This document shows, one piece after another, positions 1 through 11,073 of a DNA stretch of 64,000 bases. Source of the DNA: Bacteroidales bacterium (GTDB lineage: Bacteria; Bacteroidota; Bacteroidia; Bacteroidales; BM520); assembly GCA_050953245.1 (NCBI GenBank), contig JBMNMG010000003.1:12192-76191 (forward strand). Reading direction: 5' to 3'. Positions within the stretch are counted from its first letter, which is position 1. Each line of letters opens with the position of its first letter. The position numbers were made by a program, and so were the translations under genes. A model generated the notes under the pieces. That model was not told where the DNA came from. It ran no database searches and worked only from the letters and a program-made list of their open reading frames with translations.

Positions 1-1112
1 TAAAAGTTTTAGGAAGTCCGGTTCCTAATGATGAATTGCAAGAGCAGATAGATTTTGATAATATGGAAAATTTTGCTTTCTATTTTGATCTTGCATTATT
101 TCCGGAACTTGATTTTGAATTAGATAATAAATTAAGTGTACCATTTTATGAGATCGAAGTAGATGATGAGATGGTTAATAAGTATTTAGAAGATTTGAAG
201 GTTCGTTTAGGTGAGACTATAGAACCGGAAACTATAGAGTTAACTGACTATGTTTATGGTACATTCGTTGAGTTGGATGCAGATGGTAATGTATTAAATG
301 ATGGTATTACCAGTAAAGCAACCATTGCAATGGATATGATAAAATTAGTTACTATTCAACGTAAGTTCGAAGGTAAAAAAGTTGGGGATGTAGTAGTTTT
401 TGATCCATTAAGAGCATTCAAAAATGAAAAAGAAGTTGCTCATATGTTAGGTACAGATGCAGAAATAGTTAAAAATATGAAATCAGAGTTTAATTTTACT
501 ATTGAAAAAATTACTCGAAGAATTCCTGCAGAATTAAACGAAGAAACTTTTAAAAAGGTTTATCCTCAAGATAATATTAGCTCAATCGCTGAGTTGGAAG
601 ATAAAGTTAGGCAAGATGCCAAAGTTTCTTTTAATTCCGAAACAGAACGTAAATACTTTAATGATAGTATAGATAAATTTGTAGAAACAATAAAATTTGA
701 TTTAGCCGAAGATATATTAAAAAAATGGATGATTTCTGCAAATCAAGATAAAGAAAATTCAAAAGAAGAGATAGAGAACCAGTTCGATCAGATAATTAAA
801 AACGTTCGTTGGCAAGTTATTGAAAGCTATTTAATTGAAAAATATAATATAGATATTACCCATAAAGACATTGAAGACCACTTAATTGGCTTATTTTTAG
901 GAAATGCCCAAGGTATTCCTGAAGCTGAAGAAAGGGCAAAAGAGTTTGTAACTCAGTTTTTATCTAATCCGGAAAATCAAAATCAAATTAAGAGCGTTTT
1001 CGACCATATTTTAGAACAAAGATTAATTAGTTTATTCAAAGAAAAAACTGAGCCTGAAACTAAAGAAGTTAGTTACAAAGATTTCATCAAAATAATATCC
1101 GAAACAAAATAA
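1..1112 (+). CDS. tig: trigger factor, 5' end cut by window edge
   Basis: Frame is open from base 3, so the listed TTG start at 36 is internal. About 360 aa of acidic/lysine-rich C-terminal portion. Classic tig-clpP-clpX gene order. Confidence 0.8.
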   Translation, partial: KVLGSPVPNDELQEQIDFDNMENFAFYFDLALFPELDFELDNKLSVPFYEIEVDDEMVNKYLEDLKVRLGETIEPETIELTDYVYGTFVELDADGNVLNDGITSKATIAMDMIKLVTIQRKFEGKKVGDVVVFDPLRAFKNEKEVAHMLGTDAEIVKNMKSEFNFTIEKITRRIPAELNEETFKKVYPQDNISSIAELEDKVRQDAKVSFNSETERKYFNDSIDKFVETIKFDLAEDILKKWMISANQDKENSKEEIENQFDQIIKNVRWQVIESYLIEKYNIDITHKDIEDHLIGLFLGNAQGIPEAEERAKEFVTQFLSNPENQNQIKSVFDHILEQRLISLFKEKTEPETKEVSYKDFIKIISETK

Positions 1113-1150
1113 TAATATTTGCAATATTATTAAAATATTAAATAAGTTAT

Positions 1151-1822
1151 ATGAAAGACGAATTTAAAAAATATGCTATTTACAACTATGGTATTAGTAG
1201 TAATACTCTAAGTGACTATTCCAGTAAGTTGAAAATGAGTTATATATCTCCAACAATCATCGAAGAGCGTCAATTAAACGTAGCTCAAATGGATGTGTTT
1301 TCCAGATTGATGGTAGATAGAATTATCTTCTTAGGTGTTCCTATTGATGATGATGTAGCAAATATTATACAAGCTCAGTTGTTGTTTTTAGAATCCGTAG
1401 ATCCTACAGGAACTATTTATATCTATATTAATACTCCTGGTGGCTCTGTTTATGCAGGTTTAGGTATTTATGATACTATGCAGTTTATTCAATCGCCGAT
1501 TTCTACTATCTGTACAGGGTTAGCTGCATCTATGGGTGCTATTTTATTATGTGCAGGCGAAAAAAATAAAAGATCTGCTTTACCTCATTCCAGAGTTATG
1601 ATTCATCAACCTTTAGGTGGAGTTAGCGGTCAAGCTTCTGATATAGAAATAGAAGCAAGAGAAATTATCAAATTAAAAGAAGAATTATATCATATTTTAG
1701 CTAAACATACTGGAAAATCTTTTGACCAAATTTGGAAAGATTCCGATAGAAACTATTGGATGAAAGCTGAAGAAGCTAAAGAATATGGTATTATTGATGA
1801 AGTTTTAATTAAATCTAAATAG
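1151..1822 (+). CDS. clpP: ATP-dependent Clp protease proteolytic subunit
   Basis: Catalytic contexts GLAASMGA (Ser) and VMIHQPLGG (His). 223 aa, directly upstream of clpX. Terminates in TAG (1820-1822). Confidence 0.95.
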   Translation: MKDEFKKYAIYNYGISSNTLSDYSSKLKMSYISPTIIEERQLNVAQMDVFSRLMVDRIIFLGVPIDDDVANIIQAQLLFLESVDPTGTIYIYINTPGGSVYAGLGIYDTMQFIQSPISTICTGLAASMGAILLCAGEKNKRSALPHSRVMIHQPLGGVSGQASDIEIEAREIIKLKEELYHILAKHTGKSFDQIWKDSDRNYWMKAEEAKEYGIIDEVLIKSK

Positions 1823-1834
1823 GGGTATTAATAT

Positions 1835-3061
1835 ATGGATCATTGTTCTTTTTGTGGTATACCTCGTAAAGATGCTAAAATATTATTTCAAGGTTTAGAT
1901 AATTCCTTCATTTGTGAAGAGTGTATTGATAGAGGATATTCACTTACTCAAGAATTATTTGTTCAAGAAAATCAAAAGAAGGTATCTACATTAAAAAGTA
2001 AGATAAATTTACGGAAACCTATAGAAATAAAAAGTTTTTTAGATGAGTATGTTGTAGGTCAAGATGATGCAAAAAAAATACTCTCCGTAGCAGTATATAA
2101 TCATTATAAAAGAATTTTAAACTTAGATAAATCTACAAATGTAGAGTTAGATAAATCTAATGTAATTTTAGTAGGTCCTACAGGTACTGGTAAAACATTA
2201 TTAGCCCAAACTATTGCGAAATTGTTAGATGTTCCATTTTGTATTGCTGATGCAACAGTTTTAACTGAAGCCGGTTATGTAGGAGAAGACGTGGAAAACA
2301 TTTTAACCAGGTTATATCAAGAAGCGAACTACGATAAAGCTGCAACGGAAATGGGGATCGTATTTATTGATGAGATCGATAAAATTGCACGTAAAAGTGA
2401 TAACCCGTCTATTACAAGAGATGTTTCCGGTGAAGGTGTTCAGCAAGCCTTATTAAAACTTTTAGAAGGTGCTGTTATTAATGTTCCGCCCGAAGGTGGT
2501 AGAAAACATCCTGAACAACAATTTGTTAAAATAGATACTAAAAATATATTATTTATAGCTGGTGGAGCTTTTGATGGAATAGAGCGAAATATTGCATCCC
2601 GACTTAAAACTTCTACTATTGGATATAATACTTCAATAGATAAAAAAACAGAAATCGATAGAGAAAATTTATTACAATATGTTTCTCATCAAGATTTAAA
2701 ATCATTCGGATTAATACCTGAAATAGTAGGTAGAATGCCTATTATTACACATTTGGATCAGTTAGATTCCACAACGTTAAAAAAGATTTTAACAGAACCT
2801 AAAAATGCTATAGTTAAGCAATATACATATTTATTCGAGCTGGATGGAATTACTTTAACCTTTGATAATAATGCATTGGATGTTATTGTAAATACAGCAG
2901 TTGATTTAAAAATAGGAGCTAGAGGTTTAAGAGCCTTAGTTGAAACTATTTTAAACGATGCAATGTTTGAAATGCCATCCAATAAAGAAAAAACAAAATT
3001 GAGAATTACAGAAAAAATGGCATTGAATAAATTGTCCAAGATAAATGCAAATAAGATATAA
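1835..3061 (+). CDS. clpX: ATP-dependent Clp protease ATP-binding subunit ClpX
   Basis: N-terminal zinc-binding CSFCG...CEEC, Walker A GPTGTGKT, Walker [17 protein letters not shown] pore loop. 408 aa. Confidence 0.95.
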   Translation: MDHCSFCGIPRKDAKILFQGLDNSFICEECIDRGYSLTQELFVQENQKKVSTLKSKINLRKPIEIKSFLDEYVVGQDDAKKILSVAVYNHYKRILNLDKSTNVELDKSNVILVGPTGTGKTLLAQTIAKLLDVPFCIADATVLTEAGYVGEDVENILTRLYQEANYDKAATEMGIVFIDEIDKIARKSDNPSITRDVSGEGVQQALLKLLEGAVINVPPEGGRKHPEQQFVKIDTKNILFIAGGAFDGIERNIASRLKTSTIGYNTSIDKKTEIDRENLLQYVSHQDLKSFGLIPEIVGRMPIITHLDQLDSTTLKKILTEPKNAIVKQYTYLFELDGITLTFDNNALDVIVNTAVDLKIGARGLRALVETILNDAMFEMPSNKEKTKLRITEKMALNKLSKINANKI

Positions 3062-3127
3062 ATTGATTTGGCACGATTTTAGATTACATATTTACAAATG
3101 CATTTGAGTAAAATCAATTTTTGTAGA

Positions 3128-3757
3128 ATGAAAAGACACAATATTAATTTATATTCGATAATCATAGTATTATTTCTAACCAGCTTAACTCCTTTATTTT
3201 CCCAGAATACAGATGATGTAATAAAACCTAAAACGGAAAATCCCTTTATTGTAGAAATAGGACCTATAATAGGTGAAGATACGATTTATATTTTTACATT
3301 ACCTGAAGTAGAAATTATAGGACGTAGAAATTTTAAAAATAAATGGGATGAACGTCGTTACACCAGATTATATCATAATATTAAAAAAGTTTATCCATAT
3401 GCAAAATTAGCTGGAGAAAAGTTAACTTTATATGCTCCAATTTTAGATAGTTTAGAAACAAAATCCGAAAGAGATAAATATTTTAGTATTATTGAAGATG
3501 AATTGTGGGCTGAGTTTGGTGATGATCTAAAAAAACTTACATATAAACAGGGTGCAATCTTAATTAAACTTGTAGATAGAGAGTGTCAACGAAGTTCATA
3601 TCAAGTTATAAAAGATTTTAGAGGCGGGTTTTCAGCCTTTTTCTATCAGGTATTAGCACGTATTTGGGGTTACAATCTTAAACAATCCTATGATCCGAAC
3701 GGTGCAGATGCAGATATCGAAGAAATAGTAAGATTAATTGAATTGGGAAAACTATAA
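3128..3757 (+). CDS. DUF4294-like conserved Bacteroidota protein with signal peptide
   Basis: Start moved to the internal Met preceding a hydrophobic signal (IIIVLFLTSLTPLFSQ). C-terminal QGAILIKLVDRE...YDPNG pattern recalled from DUF4294. Confidence 0.55.
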   Translation: MKRHNINLYSIIIVLFLTSLTPLFSQNTDDVIKPKTENPFIVEIGPIIGEDTIYIFTLPEVEIIGRRNFKNKWDERRYTRLYHNIKKVYPYAKLAGEKLTLYAPILDSLETKSERDKYFSIIEDELWAEFGDDLKKLTYKQGAILIKLVDRECQRSSYQVIKDFRGGFSAFFYQVLARIWGYNLKQSYDPNGADADIEEIVRLIELGKL

Positions 3758-3819
3758 ATGAATAAAAAAAATCATTAATTTTGCATAATTTAGTAATTTG
3801 ACATTGTAAAATAATAAAT

Positions 3820-5610
3820 ATGATTACAAACTTAATAGTTTCCTCAGCAAAGAAAAGTATTGAAAAATTATATAATGAACCAAACTTTCCGGAGAGTCAG
3901 TTAGTAGTTCAACCTACCAAAGAAGGTATAGACGGCGATTTTACATTAGTAGTATTTCCTATAAGCAGAGTGTCTAAAAAGAAACCTGCTGAAACTGCGG
4001 AAGATCTTGGAAATTTTATTTTAGAAGATGTACAATATATCGAAAGTTATAGTGTTATTAATGGTTTTTTAAATTTTAAATTAAAAAGTGAATATTGGAA
4101 CAATTTATTAAACCAAAACTTTAAGAATATTAATTACGGTTATTGTACGAAATCTAAAGACAAAAAGATATTAATCGAATTTTCATCTCCAAACACAAAT
4201 AAACCCCTTCACTTAGGTCATGTTCGAAATAATTTAATTGGAATGTCTGTTGCTAATTTATTAGATGCTGCCGGTTACGACGTTGTAAAACTTAACTTAG
4301 TAAACGACAGAGGAGTTCATATATGCAAGTCCATGTATGCATGGCAAAAGTGGGGTAATGGCAGTACTCCGGAATCTACAGGTATTAAAGGAGATCATTT
4401 GGTTGGAGATTATTACGTAGAATTTGCTAAGCATTGTCAAGAAGAAGTTGCTAAATTAATTGAAAATAATATTTCAGAAGAAGAAGCTAAAAAGAATGCT
4501 CCATCTATTAAAGCTGCCCAGCAAATGTTATCCCAATGGGAAAATAATGATAAAGAAGTTATAGACCTATGGAAAATAATGAATAATTGGGTTTATGATG
4601 GTTTTGATATTACTTATAAAAGATTAGGGATTAATTTTGATAAAACCTACTATGAGTCTGAAACATATTTATTAGGGAAAAAAATAGTAGAAGATGCCTT
4701 ACAAAAGGGTATAGTTTATAAAGAAGACGATTCTTCAGTTTGGATTGATTTAACAGATGAGGGGTTGGATAAAAAGTTATTATTAAGAGGCGATGGTACT
4801 TCAGTATATATGACTCAAGATATAGGAACTGCAATTTTAAGATTTAATGATTATAGTCCTAATAAAATGATATATGTTGTTGGCAATGAACAAATCTATC
4901 ATTTCGACGTTTTAAAGCAAATTTTAAAGAAATTCGGATATAATTGGTGGAATACTATTTATCATTTATCGTATGGTATGGTAGAGTTGACCACGGGAAA
5001 AATGAAATCCAGAGAAGGTACTGTAGTAGATGCTGATGATTTAATGGATGAAATGAATAGTATAGCCAGTCAGATTATTAAGGAACAGGGGAAAATTGAG
5101 TATGGAACCAAAGAAGCTGATGAATTAGCTGAAATAGTTGGATTAGCTGCATTAAAATATTATATTTTAAAAGTTGATCCTAAAAAACAAATGTTGTTTG
5201 ATCCAAAAGAATCTATTGATTTTAATGGAAATACAGGTCCATTTGTCCAGTATACATATGCCAGGATACAATCTTTATTATCAAAAGCTAATTTTAATGA
5301 AGATAATTTTGATTACACAATAAATAAAGAGTTTAGCAATTATCAGGAAGAAGAAATAGCATTAATAAAAATGCTCCACGATTTTCCTAATATTGTTCAA
5401 AAGGCTGCAAACGATTTAAATCCAGGTCAAATTGCCAATTTCGTTTATGAATTAGCAAAATGTTATAATAGGTTTTATCAATCCATATCAGTCTTAAAAG
5501 AAAACGATCCAGAGTTAAAAAACAATAGAATTCTCTTGTCTTATTTTACAGCAAATGTTATTAGAAATAGTATGCATATTCTTACTATAGAAGTTCCTGA
5601 TAGAATGTAA
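3820..5610 (+). CDS. argS: arginine--tRNA ligase
   Basis: Class I HIGH motif PLHLGHVRNN, KMSK-like KMKSREG, 596 aa, C-terminal anticodon-binding-like region. Confidence 0.9.
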   Translation: MITNLIVSSAKKSIEKLYNEPNFPESQLVVQPTKEGIDGDFTLVVFPISRVSKKKPAETAEDLGNFILEDVQYIESYSVINGFLNFKLKSEYWNNLLNQNFKNINYGYCTKSKDKKILIEFSSPNTNKPLHLGHVRNNLIGMSVANLLDAAGYDVVKLNLVNDRGVHICKSMYAWQKWGNGSTPESTGIKGDHLVGDYYVEFAKHCQEEVAKLIENNISEEEAKKNAPSIKAAQQMLSQWENNDKEVIDLWKIMNNWVYDGFDITYKRLGINFDKTYYESETYLLGKKIVEDALQKGIVYKEDDSSVWIDLTDEGLDKKLLLRGDGTSVYMTQDIGTAILRFNDYSPNKMIYVVGNEQIYHFDVLKQILKKFGYNWWNTIYHLSYGMVELTTGKMKSREGTVVDADDLMDEMNSIASQIIKEQGKIEYGTKEADELAEIVGLAALKYYILKVDPKKQMLFDPKESIDFNGNTGPFVQYTYARIQSLLSKANFNEDNFDYTINKEFSNYQEEEIALIKMLHDFPNIVQKAANDLNPGQIANFVYELAKCYNRFYQSISVLKENDPELKNNRILLSYFTANVIRNSMHILTIEVPDRM

Positions 5611-5657
5611 AATAATCGATTATTTATAGTACTAAATATTAAGTAAATATTTAGTAA

Positions 5658-6050
5658 TTACCTTGTTGTAGATACAAAAATAGGATTAGAATAACCGACA
5701 CCTGCCGAGTTAATAGCATATGCTTTAACTATATAATTGGTATTAGGAGTTAAACCTGCTAACACACCGGTAAAATCGCCTAATGCATGAGAAGCTACTT
5801 TACATCTAACTAAGCAAGAATCTATAGTAGGCTCATAATTAATACTACAGCAAAACCCGACATCGTAAGGAACTTCACCTCCATTGTCAATTAGCACGGC
5901 AGATACTGTTAATGTCCATGGTTCAGCTTTATCTAAAGTTAAATAATTTACTGTAGGAATATCAAATTTTGTACATTTACAAAATAAGAATGGAATTATA
6001 ATAATAAGGCAAAGAGTAGATATTTTATATAATTTGGAATTTCTTTTCAT
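5658..6050 (-). CDS. hypothetical lipoprotein (small beta-rich domain)
   Basis: N-terminal signal with Cys (LFCKC). 130 aa, no recognisable catalytic motif. Confidence 0.45.
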   Translation of the reverse strand: MKRNSKLYKISTLCLIIIIPFLFCKCTKFDIPTVNYLTLDKAEPWTLTVSAVLIDNGGEVPYDVGFCCSINYEPTIDSCLVRCKVASHALGDFTGVLAGLTPNTNYIVKAYAINSAGVGYSNPIFVSTTR

Positions 6051-6096
6051 CTTTTAAGTTTATTAATTACGATTTTATTAATATATATTGACTTAA

Positions 6097-7425
6097 CTAC
6101 TGAGTTTGAACACCTGTTAATCCTATTAATCTATAGTAGTAATCTCCGGGTCCGATGTAATAAACGTAAATGTTATATTGGTTTTTGGTTTCAAAAAAGT
6201 TTCCATCCAATTCAGTGTCGTTTATAACATTTGTAATTTTATCTTTGATAATATATGTGTAATTGTAATATCCTTGTTTTAAATACAATTCTCCTTCGTA
6301 AAACCCTTTTTCGTAATTATATTCCATTTTGTTTTCTTCGTTAAAATCCCATCCGTTAAAGTTGCCACAAATATATACTTCTTTATTGGGCATGGGTAAT
6401 GAAGGGTCTATCAATGTAAAATAAACGGTACCGTATTCAGCTTCGTAGTTAGAGTCTGTTATTGCATCTTGTGAAAATATTTCGAATCTCCCGTTTAAAT
6501 CCATATTAGAAGTATATGCTTTATGCTTAAAAGTTTCTTCGGGAATTAATACTATATGATATTGCCTATTATGTGCTTGAATATCATACATAGATCTAGT
6601 TAAAAATTTAAATGTTTTTAAATCTGCTAATCTAAATTCATTATTTCCATGAAATTCAAACACATCATCATAATTATAAATAAGTTTATTTCCTGAAATA
6701 TTACGTGGTTTTATACAAGACTGAATGTTATAAGTTCTGTTATTTTGTTGTACTAAAACAACTAAACTGGTATAAGGATCATAAATATGAAAGTTGTTAC
6801 AATCTAAAGTTATATCTACCTTTTGATTCATTTGTTTGTACAGTGGGTTTCTGCTATTTCCTGTTTTTGCTATAATATCGATGGTGTTATCTTCACAAAC
6901 ATAAAACCGAGCAATAAAAGAAGGTTCTTCAGGAGTGTCTTTGTAAACAATTAATGCGTAGTTTCCACTATAAGCAAAGTTTATATATTCATTAGGAAAC
7001 GAAAATGTATAATTATTATATGGCTGTAAAGTGTTAAAAGAAGAAGAGTAATTTCGTATTTCATCATAATAATAATAGCCGGATAAATATTCGTTTTGTT
7101 GAATATTTTCAGTTTGTTTCCAGTTAGGATCACAATGAACTACTGTATATCTATAATTTGATATATAATCATCAAAATCATCAAAAGAGCAATAAAGTTT
7201 ATCTCTTGAATTTAATTTGATTACGGGAACACTAGAAGCCCAGCCTTGATTGCTAACTACAACAGAATTAATGTTATTATCGAATATATAAAATTGCCGT
7301 GTAGCTAAATAATCTTCAATTTTTACTGATTCTAATATCTGTGCAATAATTACATTATTTGCAAAAACACAAATTACTAATAATAGTATAACTTTTATTT
7401 TATTTTTTGTTTTAATAAACTTCAT
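6097..7425 (-). CDS. DUF5103 / T9SS plug-like domain protein
   Basis: Signal peptide. The FDDFDD...YRYTVVHCDPNW...SGNYALIVY pattern matches my recollection of DUF5103 (annotated as T9SS plug protein domain). 442 aa. Confidence 0.5.
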   Translation of the reverse strand: MKFIKTKNKIKVILLLVICVFANNVIIAQILESVKIEDYLATRQFYIFDNNINSVVVSNQGWASSVPVIKLNSRDKLYCSFDDFDDYISNYRYTVVHCDPNWKQTENIQQNEYLSGYYYYDEIRNYSSSFNTLQPYNNYTFSFPNEYINFAYSGNYALIVYKDTPEEPSFIARFYVCEDNTIDIIAKTGNSRNPLYKQMNQKVDITLDCNNFHIYDPYTSLVVLVQQNNRTYNIQSCIKPRNISGNKLIYNYDDVFEFHGNNEFRLADLKTFKFLTRSMYDIQAHNRQYHIVLIPEETFKHKAYTSNMDLNGRFEIFSQDAITDSNYEAEYGTVYFTLIDPSLPMPNKEVYICGNFNGWDFNEENKMEYNYEKGFYEGELYLKQGYYNYTYIIKDKITNVINDTELDGNFFETKNQYNIYVYYIGPGDYYYRLIGLTGVQTQ

Positions 7426-7449
7426 AATTAGTATGATAATGAGAATTTT

Positions 7450-7968
7450 TTATTTAAAAAGCATAGATTTTTGTGTTTTTATTTTTCCTGTATTTATTAG
7501 TTTATTCAACTCATTAATTTCATCTTGATATTGTGCCCTTAAACCACAATTATACATTTCTGTAAAAGGAAATTTTTCTACTATCATTTCTAATAATTCC
7601 TCTATCGAAGGTGCTTTTTCAAGTTTTGAATATTCTTCATAAGTAAGGTTGATAAATACGGAATTAGCATTTATACCTCTATTGTCTAAGAGATAACCGT
7701 TATTTAACTTTGTAGGTAAAGCCAATTCACCCTTATAATAAATATCTTTTGGCGAAGGGTAAGAAACTATTTCTGTTTTTTCGGAATTTAAAGTAATGGG
7801 AACCAAATTGTAAAAATCGCCAGTAGTTTTATAAACTACTGCACTAGGACCCGGTACAGCAACTAAGCCGCCAACTTGTTCAGGAGAATTTGTTTCTGAA
7901 GTTTTTTTAGTAGAAACACATGAAATATTTAAAAGCACTATTAAAAATAAATAAAAAGCATTTTTCAT
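7450..7968 (-). CDS. hypothetical lipoprotein
   Basis: Internal Met followed by a lipoprotein signal (FLIVLLNISC). No recognisable motif. Confidence 0.45.
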   Translation of the reverse strand: MKNAFYLFLIVLLNISCVSTKKTSETNSPEQVGGLVAVPGPSAVVYKTTGDFYNLVPITLNSEKTEIVSYPSPKDIYYKGELALPTKLNNGYLLDNRGINANSVFINLTYEEYSKLEKAPSIEELLEMIVEKFPFTEMYNCGLRAQYQDEINELNKLINTGKIKTQKSMLFK

Positions 7969-8125
7969 ATTGTTCAATTTTAAATTTTTACAAAAATACA
8001 TTAAAAAATAATAAATTGATACAATAAAAATATTAAGTTTTAATATTATTCATAGTATCAATATTTGTACAAATTTAATAATTTTTTTTCATTAAATTTC
8101 CTGAAAAAAAGGTTATATTTGTATT

Positions 8126-8782
8126 ATGATAGAAATTAAAAAATCGGAAAAAATAATTGGTCTTTGTCCAAATTTAACTATTGCCGCAATTGAATGTGAT
8201 GTTGTAAATAGCGATTCATCTTCTAAGTTATGGGACGAAATCCATTCAGTTTGCAAAAACTTAGAAAAAACTAAAATACAAGATGTTAAAAAAAATATAA
8301 ATATTGCAGCTACTCGAACTGCTTATAAGGCAACAGGAAAAGATCCAAACAGATACAGACCATCAGCTGAAAGTTTACAAAGAAGAATTATCAGAGGGTT
8401 AGGCTTATATAAAATTAACACCTTAGTAGATTTGATTAATTTAGTATCCTTAAAGTCGGGATTTTCTATAGGAGGGTTTGATGCGGAAAAAATAAAAGGA
8501 GATTTAGTTTTAACGGTTGGAGAAAAAGAAGATATTTTTTATGGAATTGGAAGAGGACTATTAAATATAGAAGGATTACCGGTTTACAAAGATTCAGTTG
8601 GTGGAATTGGTACTCCAACTAGTGATGAAGAACGAACTAAAATCCAAAATAATACTTCTAAACTCTTAATGTTAATCAATGGTTATTCCGGAAAAGAATA
8701 CCTGCCGGATACGGTAGAATATTCTTTAGATCTATTAACTCAATATGTAGAAGCAACTAATATTGATGTTAGATATATATAG
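8126..8782 (+). CDS. B3/B4 tRNA-binding-domain protein (PheT-related)
   Basis: DPNRYRPSAESLQRR and following pattern typical of stand-alone B3/4 domain proteins. 218 aa. Confidence 0.65.
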   Translation: MIEIKKSEKIIGLCPNLTIAAIECDVVNSDSSSKLWDEIHSVCKNLEKTKIQDVKKNINIAATRTAYKATGKDPNRYRPSAESLQRRIIRGLGLYKINTLVDLINLVSLKSGFSIGGFDAEKIKGDLVLTVGEKEDIFYGIGRGLLNIEGLPVYKDSVGGIGTPTSDEERTKIQNNTSKLLMLINGYSGKEYLPDTVEYSLDLLTQYVEATNIDVRYI

Positions 8783-8848
8783 TATTGATTTATAGGTTTA
8801 TATGAAATTTAGCTGTGTAATTTATTTAATGTTTTAATTATTTAGTAA

Positions 8849-10342
8849 ATGGAAATCAACAATAAAGATTTTTTAAATACAAAAAATATTGCAAATCCTA
8901 AGATCTTAAAATTTTTACAAGAATTTTACAATTGTAATGGTGAAAATATTAATATAAAACAGCTTCCTAAAAACTCTGCATCCGATAGAGTTTATTATCG
9001 ATTATTTTTTGAGGACGGTTCTACACAAATCTTAGCATATACTGAAAATTTCTTAGAGTCGGAAACTTTTTTATATTTTTCAGATGAATTGTGTAAAAAT
9101 ACAGCAAACGTTCCTAAAGTTTTTTTTAATTCAAAAGATAATAGTATTTATACTATTCAAGATTTAGGATCTGTTTCATTGTTTGATTTAATTAATAATA
9201 GAAAATCGGATGATCTACCCCAAAATGTTTTAAATTATTGTTTAGAATCTTTAAAGCATTTAGTTTATATTCAAAGAGTTGCATCTAAAAATATTGATTT
9301 TACTAAAGCATATCCTATAGATGCATTTAGTAAACAAGCAATTTTATGGGATTTCAATTATTTTAAATATTGTTTTTTAAAGCCTTTAAAAATTGACTTC
9401 TTTGAAAAAACATTAGAAGAAGATTTTCTTGAAATTATAGAGAAAATTCTCAAAATAAAAGTCGTTGGTTTTATGTATCGTGATTTCCAAAGTAGAAATA
9501 TTATGATATATAAGAACACCCCTTATTTTATAGATTATCAAGGAGGGAGAAAAGGGCCTTTAGTTTATGATGCAGTATCTTTTATTTATCAAGCCAAAGC
9601 CAAATTTTCAGTTGCAGATAAACAAAAGATGTTAGATTATTACTATAAGGAGTTAACAAATTATATAACAGATTATTCAATAGAAGATTACAAAATTGAC
9701 TGCTTGTTAATGCGACTCGAAAGAGCGATGCAAACTTTGGGAGCATACGGGTTTAGAGGCATAATAGAACATAATAAGTACTTTTTAGAAAGTATTCTTC
9801 CCGGAATTCAAAATTTTGTAAATATTATCAATGCAATTCCTAAGAATTTTTTAGAAATAAAAGAATTGAGGAATATTGCAAAACAGCTTGATGATTATGC
9901 TAATAGATTATTACTTGAGGAGAAAAAAATAGAAAATTCTGATAAATTAACCTTAGAGATTAACTCTTTTTCTTATTCCTATAATAGAATTCCTAAAAAT
10001 AATAAGCATGGAGGCGGTTTTGTTTTTGATTGCAGAGCTTTACCAAATCCGTATTGGGTTGAAGAATTACGTTTGCATAGTGGTGACGAGGAGCCTGTAA
10101 TTAACTATTTAACTGAGAAAAAAGAAGTTCAAAATTTTCTGCAAAATGTAACTGAATTAATTTGCAATGCTTTAGATGAATATATTAATAGAAAATATAA
10201 ATATTTAATGGTTTCGTTTGGATGTACAGGAGGGCAACACAGATCTGTTTTTTGTGCTGAACAGTTATATAAAATTATTAGACAAAAATATGACATTAAT
10301 ATAAAAATTAATCATTTAAGTAAAGGTCAATGGAAAAAGTAA
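8849..10342 (+). CDS. APH/AmgK-like sugar kinase fused to a RapZ C-terminal (PFK-like) domain
   Basis: N-terminal half has the kinase catalytic loop YRDFQSRNIM and FIDYQGG...YDAVSF. The C-terminal ~140 aa align by eye to the E. coli RapZ C-terminus (ALPNPYW...GCTGGQHRSV). Confidence 0.75.
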   Translation: MEINNKDFLNTKNIANPKILKFLQEFYNCNGENINIKQLPKNSASDRVYYRLFFEDGSTQILAYTENFLESETFLYFSDELCKNTANVPKVFFNSKDNSIYTIQDLGSVSLFDLINNRKSDDLPQNVLNYCLESLKHLVYIQRVASKNIDFTKAYPIDAFSKQAILWDFNYFKYCFLKPLKIDFFEKTLEEDFLEIIEKILKIKVVGFMYRDFQSRNIMIYKNTPYFIDYQGGRKGPLVYDAVSFIYQAKAKFSVADKQKMLDYYYKELTNYITDYSIEDYKIDCLLMRLERAMQTLGAYGFRGIIEHNKYFLESILPGIQNFVNIINAIPKNFLEIKELRNIAKQLDDYANRLLLEEKKIENSDKLTLEINSFSYSYNRIPKNNKHGGGFVFDCRALPNPYWVEELRLHSGDEEPVINYLTEKKEVQNFLQNVTELICNALDEYINRKYKYLMVSFGCTGGQHRSVFCAEQLYKIIRQKYDINIKINHLSKGQWKK

Positions 10343-11073
10343 ATTTTTTTATTCCGGCAGCCGGCTTGGGAAGTAGGTTATATAGTTTAACTGAAGATAA
10401 ACCGAAGGCGTTAGTTGAAGTTCAAGGTAAACCAATGATTAATTACATTTTAGATAAAGCTATAAAGTTAAATGTCTCTGAAATTATTGTAAATGTTCAT
10501 CATTTCAGTGAAAAGATGAAGGAATATTTAAATGCAAATTATCCTAAGGTGTTAATTTCCGACGAAACGGATAAGCTGTTAAATACAGGTGGTGGTTTAA
10601 AAAAAGCATTAAATATTTTAAAAACTAAAAATAATTATCCCACAATAGTTTGTAATGTAGATATTAAAACGAATTATAATTTCAGTAAATTAGTGAAATT
10701 AGCATCTGAAATTACTTCTAATATTAATAATTATAATGATGTTTTGGCATTTCTGATTGTAAGTAATAGAAAATCTTCAAGATATTTACATTTTAATAAA
10801 AATATGGAATTAATTGGATGGGAAAATGTTAATACTAAAGAAGTTATCAAGGCAAAAGAAGAGGGTGTATGCTATAAACTTGCGTACTCTGGAATTCAAT
10901 TAGTAAATAATAAAATCTTATGTTGTTTTTCAAAAGATGACGAATTCCCATTGATTCCAGAATATTTAAAATTGAGTGAAAATCATACTATAATTGGAAT
11001 CGAAGTAAAAGATACTTTTTTAGATTTAGGAAAATATGATGATTTAATAAAATTAAATAAGAATACTATATGA
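10330..11073 (+). CDS. sugar-1-phosphate nucleotidyltransferase (MurU-like)
   Basis: N-terminal FIPAAGLGSRL nucleotidyltransferase loop. 247 aa. Overlaps the upstream kinase gene by 13 nt. Confidence 0.7.
   Translation: MEKVNFFIPAAGLGSRLYSLTEDKPKALVEVQGKPMINYILDKAIKLNVSEIIVNVHHFSEKMKEYLNANYPKVLISDETDKLLNTGGGLKKALNILKTKNNYPTIVCNVDIKTNYNFSKLVKLASEITSNINNYNDVLAFLIVSNRKSSRYLHFNKNMELIGWENVNTKEVIKAKEEGVCYKLAYSGIQLVNNKILCCFSKDDEFPLIPEYLKLSENHTIIGIEVKDTFLDLGKYDDLIKLNKNTI

Noticed and set aside
2758-3039. Antisense or overlapping short ORFs inside long genes. Examples: 2758-3039, 4631-4834, 13940-14188, 16951-17268, 26252-26689, 26762-27043, 33755-34090, 36908-37390, 41435-41984, 59578-60009, 60256-60681.
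   Set aside because: Each lies opposite or inside a well-supported gene with recognisable motifs. Compositions are those of antisense translation (Ser/Leu/Ile/Phe-rich). None has independent signals.
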